A DNA stretch of 64,000 nt, taken from the NCBI RefSeq assembly GCF_963921235.1, contig NC_086097.1, positions 94,490,001 to 94,554,000 of the forward strand, in the 5' to 3' direction. Positions 12,770 to 26,105 of this stretch are shown one piece after another (the first letter of the stretch is position 1; the number at the start of each line of letters is the position of its first letter). The position numbers and the translations under genes were made by a program. Under the pieces are notes generated by a model, which had not been told where the DNA came from, did no database searches, and worked only from the letters and a program-made list of their open reading frames with translations. The stretch is from Mobula hypostoma. Taxonomy: Eukaryota.

Positions 12770-13210
12770 CAGTCAGCAAGGAGAGGACATTATGATACAG
12801 CTTTGCATGATGCTGCTGAGGTTACACTTGGAGTATCAGGTACAGTTTTGATTACCCTGCTATAGGAAAAGCCATCATTAAGTTAGAAAGAATGCAAAGA
12901 AGATTTACAGGCATGTTGCAATGACTTGATTTAAAGCGAGAGGTTGGAGAAGCTAGGACTTTATTCCTTGGAGTGTGGGAGACCGAAGGGTGATGTTATA
13001 GAGATCTGTAAAATCACAAGGCAGTCAACAAAATGAATGCAGACAGTCTTTTTCCCAGGGAAAGGGAATCAAAAACTAGAGGACATAGGTTTAGAGCGAG
13101 AAGGGAAAGATTTCAAAGGGACCTGTGGGGCAAATCCTTCAATCAGAGGACAGTGCGGATAGGGAATGAACAGGCAGAGAAAGTGGTTGAAGCAGGTGCA
13201 CTTCTTCAAA
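12770..13210 (+). mobile_element. Degenerate CR1 3' fragment (another at about 12320-12590)
   Basis: ORF 13033..13215 reads LFPRERESKTRGHRF. Confidence 0.75.
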
Positions 13211-13227
13211 GGTGATGATACACCTGA

Positions 13228-13625
13228 TGGCATGGTAGCATGATGGTTAGTGTAATGGCAGCATGGTAGTTAGTGTAATGGTAGCATAGTAGTTAGTGTA
13301 ATGGTAGCATGGTAGTTAGTGTAATGGTAGCATGGTGGTTAGTGTAATGGTAGCATAGTGGTTAGTGTAATGGTAGCATGGTAGTTAGTGTAATGGTAGC
13401 ATGGTGGTTAGTGTAATGGTAGCATGGTAGTTAGTGTAATGGTAGCATGGTGGTTAGTGTAATGGTAGCATAGTGGTTGGTGTAATGGTAGCATGGTAGT
13501 TAGTGTAATAGTAGCATGGTGGTTAGTATAATGGTAGCATAGTGGTTAGTGTAATGGTAGCATGGTGGTTAGTGTAATGGTAGCATAATGGTTAGTGTAA
13601 TGGTAGCATGGTGGTTAGAGTAATG
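13228..13625 (+). repeat. 23-bp minisatellite, about 17 copies (GTGTAATGGTAGCATGGTGGTTA)
   Basis: 23-bp period read directly (tgtaatg at 13251 and 13274). The array runs into SINE body sequence. Confidence 0.95.
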
Positions 13626-13779
13626 CTTTACAGCTTCCTGCGGGTGCTCTGGTCTCCTCCCACGTTCCAAAAGACTTATGAGTTGGGGTTTGTAAGTTAC
13701 AGTACTGTGCAATTATATATATTAAAATTTTAATATATTGAAAATATTAAATACACTACAGCAAGTATTAAATACACAA

Positions 13780-14307
13780 TTCATAAATGCTTTGCTCACT
13801 GTGTTTCAAGTATTCAGGCTTGGAGGTACCAGAAACAGCCGGGTGTGAAAATGAAATTGCTTCACTACTTCAACAAGTTAGAAACTACGAAGAACTTGAA
13901 GGTATCATCAATCATCATGAATGTTACAATGAGAAGGAAAACATGGAGAAGGCAGTCGTCGATAGCATTGTATGAAGGCAGTCTATTATCTACACTAGAT
14001 GTCGGCACTGATTTTGTTCATTTATAGTCAATCAAAAGAACATGTCAGCATATACTGGATGAGCTCCTCCGTCAATAACTATTAGGAACTAATACACAGT
14101 TTTTTAGTAGTGTAGTAGTACTGATTATGTTCTAATTTGTTCTGTCTTTCATTTAAATACATAATTTGTTATTCAGTTAAGTGATAGCTTGTCTTTTTTT
14201 TTATATATTTTTAACTATTTCCATGAAACTTTGGCTAATTGGGGCAACTAGTTAATTGGGTCAAAATGTACTGGTTCCCATGTGTCCCAATTAACTAGAA
14301 TCCACTG
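13780..14307 (+). mobile_element. Partial Tigger/pogo-like non-autonomous DNA element
   Basis: Ends CCCAATTAACTAGAATCCACTG|TA; reverse-complement homolog of part of 40014-40823. Confidence 0.75.
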
Positions 14308-14309
14308 TA

Positions 14310-14590
14310 TTCCAAAGACATGTTGGTTAGTAGGTTAATTGGTCATTGTGAATTGTCCTGTGATTAGGTTAAATGAGTGGTTTGCTGGGCTGGAAGGGCC
14401 TGTTTCACACGTACGCTGCATCTCTAAATAAGTAATGTAAAATAGCCCAAATAACCTGCCTGACTTTGGAATGTGGGAGAAAACTGGAACACCAAGAGGA
14501 AATCCACGTAGTTTCTGGGAGAATGTACAGACTCCTTAAAGTCAGCAGTGGAATTGAACCTGGGTCGCTGGTGTTGTAATAACATCACAG
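14310..14590. mobile_element. tRNA-derived V-SINE-like fragments on both strands
   Basis: ttccaaagac...ggttaattggtcattgtgaattg on plus; gaatgtgggagaaaactggaacacc...attgaacctgggtc on minus. Confidence 0.55.
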
Positions 14591-16779
14591 TGACAGATCG
14601 AGACAAATCAGCCCACTGGATCAATTCCAGCTTCAGACAGAGTAATCCCGTCCATCCCATTCCCACCTTCCTTTTACCAATAAAGAGATGCATTAATGCA
14701 CACAAGGGAACCCTTGATGTATATGGGAGCACGTGCATTTAGTAATTGTGGACGAGTGAGTTAAATTACCCGAAATGAATAGCATAAATAAAACAATGAA
14801 AGCACTATATATTTACAATATTACTGGAATATTAACATAGTCTATCGGTGCTGGAAATGGGACCGATGTGCTAACACTCAAGGGAGATTAAACTGACCTC
14901 ATTGGGATACAAAGAACGCACACAGGTGAAGTTGTAAAGATATACTGGAGATTGCAGGGGATTCTTGATTAGCCATTTGATCTCTTAGAATATCCTGCAA
15001 GCAAAGAAACTTCTGCCGCCGTAGAGCAGGCGAGCCTTAATCTTAACCCCAGGGTTTCGAGCATCAGAGCATCTGGGGTGATATTTTTTACCGGCGTCAA
15101 ATAGAGTTTGAGCAGAGCATGCCAGAGTGAGAACAGAGTAACCTGCATTAATATGGCACCTTCCACATCCAAGAGCAATTCAGAGGAGAGCCAATATCTC
15201 CACTCCCCGAAAGCCCATTTGATGGCAATTAGCTCCGTGTCTCCTACTCCGGAACGGAGCTATATAGAGTTGATCTGGCATGAAAAGAAGGCACAAGGTG
15301 TGCCTTCCTGTCCAGTCCTCGCAGGGAGAGGATGACCCCGGCACTCATGTCAGATGCGTCCACCCCTACCACAGAAGGTCTGGAGGGTTTGGATGGAGGA
15401 GAAGGGGAGCAGTAGTGAAGCATCTCTTGAACTCCTTTAAAGTGTGGTCCACGGCAGAAGACCAGGTTATCCGTGAGGCAGGCGACTTTGTGAGGGAATT
15501 AAGAGGTGCAGTAGTTCCCGGTGAAATAACATCAGATGTTGAAGAAGCCCATGAAGCATTGTAGCTGTTTGAGGGAGTGTGGTGGTGGGGGGAGGCCTTC
15601 ATCAATGGCACGCACTTTCTCTGGGTCCATGGTTTCTCCTTGAGGTGAAAGGGCATAACCCAGGAAGGAAATGACTCGGGTGTGGAATGGGTGTTTTTCT
15701 AATTTGCAGTACAGGACTGAAGAGACACGACAGACGTGGTCTTGTGGTGGGGGGGGGCGGGGGCTCCTTGAGAAGATGAGGAATGAGGCTGTCGGCGAGG
15801 TAGACAAAACACGTGCCTGCTAAGCATGTGTCAGAGGATTGAGAAACGGCTGGCTGTTGGATAGTCTGAAAGGAAACACCAGTATCCGTAGTGGGCAGCG
15901 GGTGTTCTGAACGCTGCCTTCCACTCATGGGTGCATATCGAGTTGTACGTGCTCTGTACGGGCAGTTTGGTGAAGACCTGGGCCCGCAGGGTGTTTCCAA
16001 TGCTCTATCCATCAAGGGGAGAGGGTAACGGTTCCTAAGTCCATGGCAGTTGATGCAGGGAGGGAGCTGCCCCTCCCATCTTTCTTTCTGACAAAGAAGA
16101 ATCCTGCTCTGGCTGGGGATTGTGACAGATGAATGGAGCTGTGCTGTAGCGCATTGGCGATGTAGTCGTTCATTGCTTGGGTCTCAGGAGGACGGAAGGA
16201 TAACAGACGGCCTGGGGAAGGGGTGGTACCCGGCAGGTGACCGATCACACAGTCATGTGCTCTGGGAGGTGGCTTCCCTTCTACTGAAGCCGGTGGCGAA
16301 GAAATGGCATTCCTGCGATGTTTGGTGAGTTTGCGGGTTTTCTCCGTCTCCACGGATTCATGGGGTGAAGTCAGCTGAGGTTTCAGGTAGGTGGATCCCC
16401 AGCTCAGCAGTGAACCGGGTGACCAGGTGAAGTGAGGGCTGTGAGTAGAAAGCCGGGGTAACCCAGGATGAGGGGAGTGGCCGGTGAGTCGATCAGCAGG
16501 AATTGGATGGATTCGCAGTGCTCTCCAATGCTCATGTGCATGCTCGGACCATCCCTGCCCCCAAGGAACATCTTTCAGTGGTCATGATGCAGAAGGGGTG
16601 AGAGATAGTCTCTGTGGGGAGTCCAAGCTGCGAACACAGAGTCCAGTCCAGAAAGTTGCCTGCTGCGTCAGAATCCACCAGAGCCTCCCGTGTGTGTGAA
16701 GGAGGACAGAGAGAGTGAGCGGGGCCATGACACTGGAGTGGGGGTCTGGGGTGAGCTTACCAGAAGAGAGCTGGTCTAC

Positions 16780-17370
16780 CTGAACAGACGCTGGTGACCT
16801 TTTACCGCTGCACCATAGAGAGCATCTTAACATACTGCATCTCTGTGTGGTATCTCAGTTGTACAGCAGCTGATAGGAAAGCACTTCAGCGGGTCATCTC
16901 CAGTGCACAGATCATCTGGACATAACTCCCAGCCCTGGAGGACACCTACAGCTCTCGCTGCCTAAGGAAAGCTACAAGCATCTGTAAGGACAACACACAC
17001 CCATGCAATCATCTGTTTGAACTTCTTCCATCTGGCAAACGTTATAAGATTTTCTATGCCCACACCTCCAGACTGAAAAATAGCTTTTCCCCCAGAGCTA
17101 TAATTGCTCTGAACCAATCGATCAAGCATCATCCATAAATTGTTATATTGCTACTTTAATACTAGTTTTATGGCTTTCCTGCATCTGAGTTGTGCTTTTG
17201 TACTGCTGGACATTGCTTGTACTGGCTGGTTACTTGATTTTATTTGTTGTTTATTTATTTTATTTGTTGTTTTATAGCATTGAGTACGAAAGTTGCAAAC
17301 TCATTTTCGCTGTTTTGGTGCATGACAAATTGTACTATGCAATGACAATAAAGATATTTCATTTCATTTC
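16780..17370 (+). mobile_element. Rex1-type LINE 3' fragment nested between Gypsy gag and protease
   Basis: Reads TFYRCTIESILTYCISVWY; ends AATAAAG plus (ATTTC)n tail. Confidence 0.8.
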
Positions 17371-18444
17371 AGACAGGAGACCCTTCATTTCTACCTAGTA
17401 GTGCCTGTTTCTCAGACGCAGTGGACATTTGATGCGTGGGTGATCGGAGGCTCCACAGTAGATGTACAAGTTGTTTCTCCACCGTTGGTCATGCTTTTGG
17501 GGGAGGGGGTTTAAAGGAGCTCTCCCTAGTTGCCTGGGTTCTGGAGGGATTGATGAGGAAGGCCCTAAAGATTGAAATGGTTCTGGGTGTGGAACAGCAG
17601 GTCTTGCTAACAATCTGGAGGGTCGATCCATAAGATTGTCAATTTGGAGAGCCAGAGTGATAAGGCTTTCAAGGTCGGTGGGCATCTCCTGGGTAACAGC
17701 TCCAAGAGGCCGTGATGGTAATTCAACGCTTCCGCATTCCAACCAGGCTCCACCACAAGAATCCCAAATCCCACCCTGTAATCCAGCTCCGAGCGTGAGC
17801 CTTGACACAGATGAAGTATGTGATCGGCTGCCTCCCTTTCACTTCCTGGATAGACAAAAACCTGTCTCATCTCGGCAGTGAATTCCACATATCTGTGTCA
17901 AATGGGGGCTTTATTGTCCCAGTTATCGACAGTCCAGACCAGAGCTTGCCCAGAGAAGAGGAAGGTGACAAAGGCAGTCTAGGCTCGGTCCGTAAAATAG
18001 AGGGATGGTTAGAGATCGAACTGCCAGACACACTGGGACAGGAAGTTGTGACATTGGGTTGAAGATCCATTGGAGCACTTGCGCACCAGAATCCGGGGCT
18101 CAGAGGGAGGAGATTGACTGGTGTGGGGTTGCTGCATCGAGATGGCGAGTTGGTTGAGCGTGGCAAGCAGATGATCAATGGTTTCCTGCTGCTTCTGGAT
18201 CGTGTGCTCAAGTTGACAGGTGACTTCCTTTAAGCAAGAAAACTCTGCTGGATCAATTGCTGGTTCATTGTCAGGAAATGTAGAGGAGGCTTGACCCAAA
18301 TGCAGAGTAGCTGCGATGATTTAGTGGTGAATAATAACTTTAAAAATGAACTGCAAAGTAACAAGCCATGAGAGACCACAAAACATGAGAGAATAGATAC
18401 TAAACACAATAGGCAACAAGGTAACTGAAGGCTAGGAGCAACTA

Positions 18445-18592
18445 GTTGAGACAGGCACATGGAAGAAAGAAAAATAGAGGGTTACAGGGTAGTGTGGGTT
18501 TAGTACGTTTTTTTAAAGGAATATATGGGTCAGCAGAACATCGAGGGCTGAAGGGTCTGTACTGTGCTGTAGTATTCTAGTGTCTAGTGTCT
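18445..18592 (+). mobile_element. Short CR1 3' end inserted in the Gypsy LTR
   Basis: gagggctgaagggtctgtactgtgctgtag followed by a (tctagtg)n tail. Confidence 0.55.
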
Positions 18593-19794
18593 GGCTGGTA
18601 TGATGAGTGAACAAGGACAGTGGATGGGAGCTGGGTTTAAATAGGTTGCAGGTGATGAGCTGGAAACATGTTAGGTGGATGGAGACTGGGAGGCGTCTGC
18701 CTGAGCACCATCACTCAGTTATAGGATTCTCTTACTTCTGAATTGCAAGTTTCTGGGCTCTAACTCTTCTCTTGAAATTCCACTGCAAGATCCAGCCGAA
18801 ACTCCCAATGGCGCAGAAGTGAGGGAGGGCTGGACTGCCCGAGGAGCGGATAAAACCAATGTTCTCTGGGAAAGAACTCAGCTGATTGTCTTGGGAAGTA
18901 TCAAGAGAGTGCTGCCTGTTACAGTTTGTCGGCTAAAGTTCCTTCCTCAAGGCTAAGGTCCAGCTTACTTAATATCGCATTCTTACTGCATTTCTTACAT
19001 CTCTGTGAACTCCGAGTATACTGTGTGAACTATAAATTGCATTGGCTGTGTAGACCAAGGTAAGTGTTACATAAATGCTAACCATTGAATAACAGATAAA
19101 ACTGAGAGGGGTGGGGACAGGGAAGAGTTACAATAATATAAATATAATGAGCCAACCAGGAGGAAAGGACAAAAATAGCTCATTTCACCTTGGCTTGGAT
19201 ACAACAGCTCTGTCAGCAACAATAGCCATCTTTTGTGGAACTAATTGAATGATATTTGCGCTTATTTTAAAAATAAAAATGATGATGCCCACAACTACCT
19301 ACATCTTCTCCAGTATCCATTCATTCACAGAGTTGTGAATACAAGAATAATCCCTTGCTTCAAGCCTACGATTGGAGGTCTGAGAAAGTTCTAGAATAAC
19401 GGTGGGTGGGGTGTGGGGTGGAGGGCTGGGAAGAGCTGCAGGGATAATGTAATGCTCTCAGGGAGTAGTTACAATGAGAGGACAAAGCTGTTCTTTCAGT
19501 CCCTCACACACTCTTAGCAAGCAGACTGTGAAAACACACAGGGTTACAGAGAGGCTGTGATTCGTGCTGCTCTGAAAGTCAGCACAGTTTTCAAGTGGAT
19601 GCTGTAACACAAAAACGAAGATATGGAATGGCTCTCAGCCAAGGAGACAAAACCTATTCTGAGCCCATGGGATGGTATTACATACAATCCGCTAAGGTAT
19701 GGCAATCCCAGGATTGTCAGTCAACGAGACCCTTCATAAGGACTGGGAGAAAAGAGATGAGGAGAAACAGTAAGAAGGTGGGAGGAGGGGAGCC

Positions 19795-21170
19795 CATGCT
19801 GAGCTCATTGACTTCATCAACTTTGCCTCCATCTTCCACCCTGCTCTCAAATTTACCTGGTCCATTTCCAACACCTCCCTCCCCTTTCTCGATCTCACTG
19901 TCTCTATTTCTGGAGACAGCTTATCTACTGATATCTTTTATAAACCCACGGACTCTCACAGCTACCTGGACTATACCTCTTCCCACCCTGTTACCATCCC
20001 CTTCTCTCAATTCCTTCATCTCCACTGCGTCTGCTCTCAGGATGAGGCTTTTCATTCCAGAATTAATGAGATGTCTTCCTTCTTCACAGAAAGGGGTTTT
20101 CCTTCCTCCACCATCAACGCTGGCCTCACCCACATCTTTTCCATTTCACACAGGTCCACTCTTACCCCATCCTCTCACCACGCTACCAAGTATAGGGTTC
20201 CTCTTGTCCTCACCTACCACCCCACCAGCCTCTGCATCCAGCACATAATTATCCAAAACTTTCGCCACCTCCAACAGGATCCCACACAAAGCACATCTTT
20301 CTGCTTTCCACATGGGTCGCTCCCTATGGAACTTCCTTGTCCATTCGTCCCTCCCCACTGATCTCCTTCCCTGCAAGTGGAACAAGTGCTACACCTGCCC
20401 TAACACCTCCTCCCTCACTACAATTCAGGGGCCCAAACAGTCCTTCCAGGTGAGACAACACTTCACCTGTGAGTCTGTTGGGATCATCTACTGTATCCGG
20501 TGCTCCCGGTATGGCCTCCTGTATATCGGTGAGACCCGACGTAGATTGGGAGACTGTTTCGCTGAGCACCTATGCTCCTTCTGCCAGAAAAAGTGGGATC
20601 TCCCAGTGCCACCCATCTTAGTTCTACTTCCCATTCCCATTCTGATATGCCAGTCCATGGCCTCCTCTACTGTTGCGATGAGGCCACACTCAGGGTGGAG
20701 GAGCAACACTTTATATTCTGTTTGGGTAGTCTCTAACCTGATGGCATGAACACCAATTTCTCAGACTTCTGGTAATGTCCCCTCCCCCACCTCTCCTTCA
20801 CCATTCCCCTATTCCCAATTCCCTCTCTCACCTCATCTCTGTGCCTGCCCATTGCCTCCCTCTGGTGCTCCTCTCCCTTCCCTTTCTTCCATGGCCTTCT
20901 GTCCTCTCGTATCTGATTCTCCCTTCTCCAGCCCTTTATCGACTTCCCAGCTTTTTACTTCACCCCTCCCCCTCTCCCGGTTTCACCTATCACCTACGAC
21001 CTTGTACTTCTTCCTGCCCTCCCCACAGCTTCTTACTCTGCCTTCTCGTCTCTTTCCTCCTGTCTCATGAAAGGTCGACTGTACTCTTTTCCATAGATAC
21101 TGCCTGGCCTGCTGAGTTCCTCCAGCATTTTGTGTGTGTTGCTTGGATTTCCAGCATCTGCAGATTTTCC
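19795..21170 (+). mobile_element. Penelope-like retroelement: RT C-terminal part, GIY-YIG endonuclease and pLTR; frameshifted
   Basis: ORF 20312..20749 reads FTCESVGIIYCIRCSRYGLLYIGETRRRLGDCFAEH; ORF 20071 reads RVPLVLTYHP. Confidence 0.9.
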
Positions 21171-21239
21171 CTTGTCCAGGATTGTCAGTGCCTGCTCTCT
21201 AACCCCCAGGTTAACACTAACCACTAACCTCTCAGCACC

Positions 21240-21475
21240 TTTACCTCCTTGGGTATTTGCAAAGATTCAGCAAACATCTAAAACGTTGACAAACTTCTAT
21301 ATGTGTGTGGTGGAGAATATATTGACTGGCTGCATCACAGCCTGGTATGGAATCACCAACGCTCTTGAATGGAAAATCTACAGAAAGTAGTGGATAGAGC
21401 CCAGTCCATCCTGGGTAAAGCCCTCCCCTCCATTGAGTACATCTACATGAAGCGTCGTCGCAGGAAAGCAGCATG
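21240..21475 (+). mobile_element. Rex1-type LINE fragment
   Basis: Reads KTLTNFYMCVVENILTGCITAWYG. Confidence 0.7.
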
Positions 21476-21715
21476 AGATGGGGCTGACACTCCTGAGGGT
21501 CAGGACATTCCAAAGCTGCATTTTGTGTGCGCACCATTGCAATGTAAAAAAGGTCAAACTAATGTGTTTTTGTGATGAGAGCTAACATTGGCCGGGACCC
21601 AGGTAGAATTAGTGACAAACACACCTCTGACAATGCAGAACTCCCTTAATATCACGTCTTCAGGTGGGTATTAAACATAAAATGGGCTGATGCTGGCACT
21701 CTATTGCCAGCAACA

Positions 21716-22221
21716 TGTGGTGGCCAGTGCGATCATGTTTGCTGTTGTGTGCTGGGGCAGCAGGCTGAGGGTAGCAGACACCAACAAGATCAACAAACTC
21801 ATTCGTAAGGCCAGTGATGTTGTGGGGATGGAACTGGACTCTCTGACGGTGGTGTCTGAAAAGAGGATGCTGTCTAAGTTGCATGCCATCTTGTTCAATG
21901 TCTCCCATCCACTACATAATGTACTGGGTGGGCACAGGAGTACATTCAGCCAGAGACTCATTCCACCGAGATGCAGCACAGAGCGTCATAGGAAGTCATT
22001 CCTGCCTGTGGCCATCAAACTTTACAACTCCTCCCTTGGAGGGTCAGACACCCTGAGCCAATAGGCTGGTCCTGGACTTATTTCATAATTTACTAGCATA
22101 ATTTACATATTACTATTTGACTATTTATGGTTCTATTACTATTCATTATTTATGGTGCAACTGTAACGAAAACCAGTTTCCCTCGGGATCAATAAAGTAT
22201 GACTATGACTATGACTATGAC
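21716..22221 (+). mobile_element. Young 5'-truncated Rex1/Babar-type LINE
   Basis: Open ORF2 C-terminus (21690..22064), AATAAA and (TATGAC)n tail; near-identical to 52853-53350. Confidence 0.85.
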
Positions 22222-22239
22222 ATGCTTCCCGCATTGGAC

Positions 22240-23005
22240 TGCATTGTGTACACTGTTATTGTACGCATTACTATCGTGTACATGGTTATTGTACGCATTA
22301 CTATTGTGTATGCAGTGATTGTACGCATTACTATTGTGTACACGGTCATTGTATGCTTTACTATCATGTACATGGTTATAGTATGCATTACTATTACTAA
22401 TAGTATTGTACACATTACTATTGTGTATGCAGTTATTCTACACATTGCTATTGTGTACATGGTTATTGTACACTTTACTATCGTGTACGCGGTCATTGTA
22501 TGCATTACTATTCTGTACACGGTTATTGTACACTTTACTATCATGTACGCCGTTATTAGATGCATTACTATTGTGTATGAGGTTATTGTATGCTTTACTA
22601 TCGTGTACGCGGTTATTGTATGCATTACTATTGTGTATGAGGTTATTGTACACTTTACTATCATGTACGCCGTTATTAGATGCATTACTATTGTGTATGA
22701 GGTTATTGTACGCTTTACTATCATGTAGAGCAGGACAAGACACAGAAGACGTCCTGGTCATCCACTGCGCCTAGTCCCATTTCCAGCCGTCTCGACTCTG
22801 TCTTGCCACTGGATCCAGATGGGAATTGGGAAGAGAGAGTGAGGCTGACTCTGCACAACTCTCCCTCACTTAAATCCAAGTCACGCGCTAGTCTCGACAC
22901 CATCAATAATGGTGTCGAGGTCCTCATCGACGTACGATGGACGAACAACAACAACAACGACCATCGTGTACACGGCTATTGTGTGCATTACCATCGTGTA
23001 CGCGG
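22240..23005 (+). repeat. 30-bp minisatellite (GTACGCATTACTATTGTGTACACGGTTATT-like), interrupted at 22727-22960
   Basis: Direct periodicity; produces repetitive ORFs on both strands. Confidence 0.9.
22727..22960 (+). mobile_element. Short retroposed fragment with an (AAC)n tail, probably an RTE-type 3' end
   Basis: Its 5' part resembles 28195-28245; it ends in aacaacaacaacaac. Confidence 0.5.
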
Positions 23006-23294
23006 GTTACCCTGTGAACTTCACTGGAGCAAAGACTTTTATTGTTCCCAGGTCCACATGACAATCCACTAATCTGAATCTGAAGCACTTGATCTCGCTC
23101 CTGCTGTCTGGTATATTGAACATGGACAAGCAGGGTGGTAGATAGCTTGTTCAGGAGCACCCTGTGGCAGAATACTGTGGCTCCATCTTGAGGCTTGCAT
23201 CCCTAAGCAAAGTCCTGATGTAGAAAAGAATTGAAAATGGCTTTTCTTGGGTTAACCTCCTCCAGGCCTTCAATCCCCCACCTCTTGTAGAATA

Positions 23295-26105
23295 TTGAAC
23301 ATAGAACAGTACAACCCAAGAACAGATCAGTCAGCCCACAATGTTGTGTCGAACCGGCTAATAAGCAAATCAAAAACACCCAAATACTAATCCCTTCTAC
23401 CTACACCATGTCCCTATCCCTCCATCTTCCCCACATCCATGTGCCTATCCAAACATCTCTTAAAGGCCTTTGATGTATTTGCCTCTACTGCCATCCTGGC
23501 ATCTACCACTCTGAGTATAAAACTTGCCCCTCACATCCCCCTTGAACCTACCCCGTCTTACCTTCAATTGATGCCCTCTGGTTCTCAATCCTAGGAAACA
23601 GATACTCCCTGTCTACTCTATCTATGCCTCTTATAAACTTCTATCAGATCTCCCCTCAGCCTCCACCAGTCCAGAAAAAAAAAGTTTATCCAGCATCTCA
23701 TGATAGCACATTCCCTTTAAGCCAGGCAACATCCTGGTAAACCTCTTCTGCACCCTCTCCAAAGCCTCAATGCCCTTCCTGCAGTAGGGTGACCAGAACT
23801 GTATGCCATACTCCAGATGTGGCCTAACCAGAATTTTATAAGTTGCGACATAACCGCTTGACTTTTGAACTCAATGCCTCAACTATTAAAAGCAAGTATT
23901 CTATAAGCCTTCTTAACCACCTCATCAACCTGTGTAACCACTTTCAAGGAGTATGAACATGGATCCCAAGATCCCTCCACTCAGCAACACTATTAAGGAT
24001 CTTGCTCTTATCGGTGTACTGTCTCCTTGTACTTGTCCTACCGAGGCGCAACACGTCACATTTATCTGTGTTAATCTCCATCTTCCATCTCTCTGCCCAT
24101 ATCTGCAACTGATTTATATTGTGCTGTATTCTTTGCCAGTCTTCTACGCTATCCACAACTCCATCAATCTTGGTAGCATCTGCAAATTTACTCACCCACC
24201 CATCTACATTTTCATCCAGGTCATTTATATATATCACAAACAGCAGTGGTCCCAGAACAGATCCCTGTGGAACACCACTAATTACAGACCTCCAGCTCGA
24301 AAAAGTCCCTTCAACCACTACCCTCTCTCTTCTGTGTGCAAACCAGTTGTGCAAGCCAATTCACGTGGACTCCATGCAACTTAATCTTCTGGATTAGCCT
24401 GCTATGAGGAACTTTGTCAAATGTCTTCCTAAAATCTATGTAGACATCAATCTCTCTCGTCACCTTGTCAAAAACTCAATCCAGCTGGTAAGACATGACC
24501 TGCCCTGCAAAAAACCACGTTGACTCTCCCTAATTAGGCTAGGGGTTTCCAGATGCTCACATATCCTTTCTCTAAGAATTTTCTCCAGCATTTTCCCTGC
24601 AGCTGATGTGAGACTCACCGGTCTGTAGTTCCCAGGATTTTCACATGTTCCCTTCTTAAACAGAGTTACAACATTAGCCAGTGGACAATCCTCCAGGACC
24701 CCGCCTGTGGCTGGAGAGGTCATACTGATACTGGTCAAGGGACCAGCAATCTTGTCTCTTACCTCCTTCAGTAACCTGGGGTAAATCCCATCAGGCCCTG
24801 GGGACTTATCCACCTTAATGTTCATTAGGAGGCCCAACACTTCCACCTCCTTGACCTCTAAACACCCTAACATATTTATACATTCAGCACTGATCTCCTG
24901 GTCCACCATATCCTTTTCCTTGGTAAATACTGAAGCAAAGTACTTGTTAAGTACCTCATTCACATTCTCTGCATCCAAGCAAATGTTCACCCCCCCCCTT
25001 CCCTATTATCCCTTTTCTCTTGATGTATGTATAGGATGCCTTGGGCCTCATTTTAATTCTGCTTGCCAAGGGCTTTTCTTGGCCCCTCCTGCCTTTCCTA
25101 AGTCCCTTCTTTAGTTCTTTTCTGGCTTCTTTGTACTCCTCATGTGCTTTGTTTGATCCTATCTTCCAAAGTTTTACATACATTTCCTTTCTCTTCTTGA
25201 CTAAATTCATTTTCTGTCTGGACATCCAAGGTTCTCTTATCTTTCCATCCCCGACCGTCCTTCTAACAGGAACATACCTTTCCTGTACTCTGTGCAATTG
25301 ATCTTTAAACAGTCTCCACATGTCAGAAAAAAAGTTTTCCCAATTAACTCTTCTTAGTCCCTGCCTAATGCCCTCGTAATTTGTCCTACCCCAATTTTAA
25401 AAATGCCCCCGTAATTTGTCCTACCCCAATTTAAAACTCTCCCATAAGGACCATACCGATCCTTATCTATAGCTATTGTGAAAGTTAAGGAGTTGTGATC
25501 ACTGTACCCTAAATGCTTACCCAGTGAAAGGTCAGTCACCTGGCCAGGCTCATAACTCAACACCAGGTCCAGTACAGTCCCTCCTGTCATTGGACCGTTC
25601 ACATATTAATTTTTTTAACTTCCTGGATACACTTAAATTCTGCCCAATCTAAACCCCTTGCGCTAAGAGGGTCCCAGTTTATTTTAGGGAAGTTGAAATC
25701 CCCCATGTAACAGCCCTATTATTTTTATACATTTCCTTGATCTGTTCCTCAATATCCTGGTGACTATTAGGGAGTCTGTAGTACAATCCCATTAGTGTGA
25801 TTGTACCCTTCCTCTTCCTGAGTTCTACCCAAATGGACTCAGTGTCTGACCCCTCCATTCTGTCTCTCCTGAGTACAGCTCTGACATTGTCCCTGATTAG
25901 CAGTGCAACTCCCCCCCCCCAACCCTTTCACTTTTCTCTATCTTTTCTAAAACTTTGAAAACCTGAATCACCCATTCCTACCCCTCTCAACCAAGTTTCA
26001 GTAATGGCCACAACTCTGCAGTTCCATGTACTAATCCATTCACTAAGTTCATCACCCTTACCCATAATACTCCTAGCATTAAAATATACAAACTTCAAGC
26101 TATCC
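23295..26105 (-). mobile_element. Degenerate CR1 LINE with near-complete ORF2 (APE endonuclease plus RT)
   Basis: APE motifs VYFNARSIMGKGDEL...ITETWL and LDLVL...SDHNSL. RT motifs KSPGPDGIYPRLLKE, NYRPVSLTS, VPQGSVLGP and KFADAT. Frameshifted. Confidence 0.92.

Larger units (their letters stand above)
15190..18705 (-). mobile_element. Decayed Ty3/Gypsy LTR retrotransposon, Sushi-like (5' LTR, gag, protease, RT, RNase H; integrase and 3' LTR not seen)
   Basis: gag remnants NGSSTQCHNFLSQC and a zinc-knuckle remnant YCGASDHPRIKCP. RT remnants SQSPARAGFFFVRKKDG and NRYPLPLM. RNase H DASD near 15350. LTR 3' end CCTGACA at 18269. Many frameshifts. Confidence 0.85.

Noticed and set aside
22117..22774. 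Hydrophobic membrane-protein-like ORFs
   Set aside because: They are translations of the 30-bp minisatellite.
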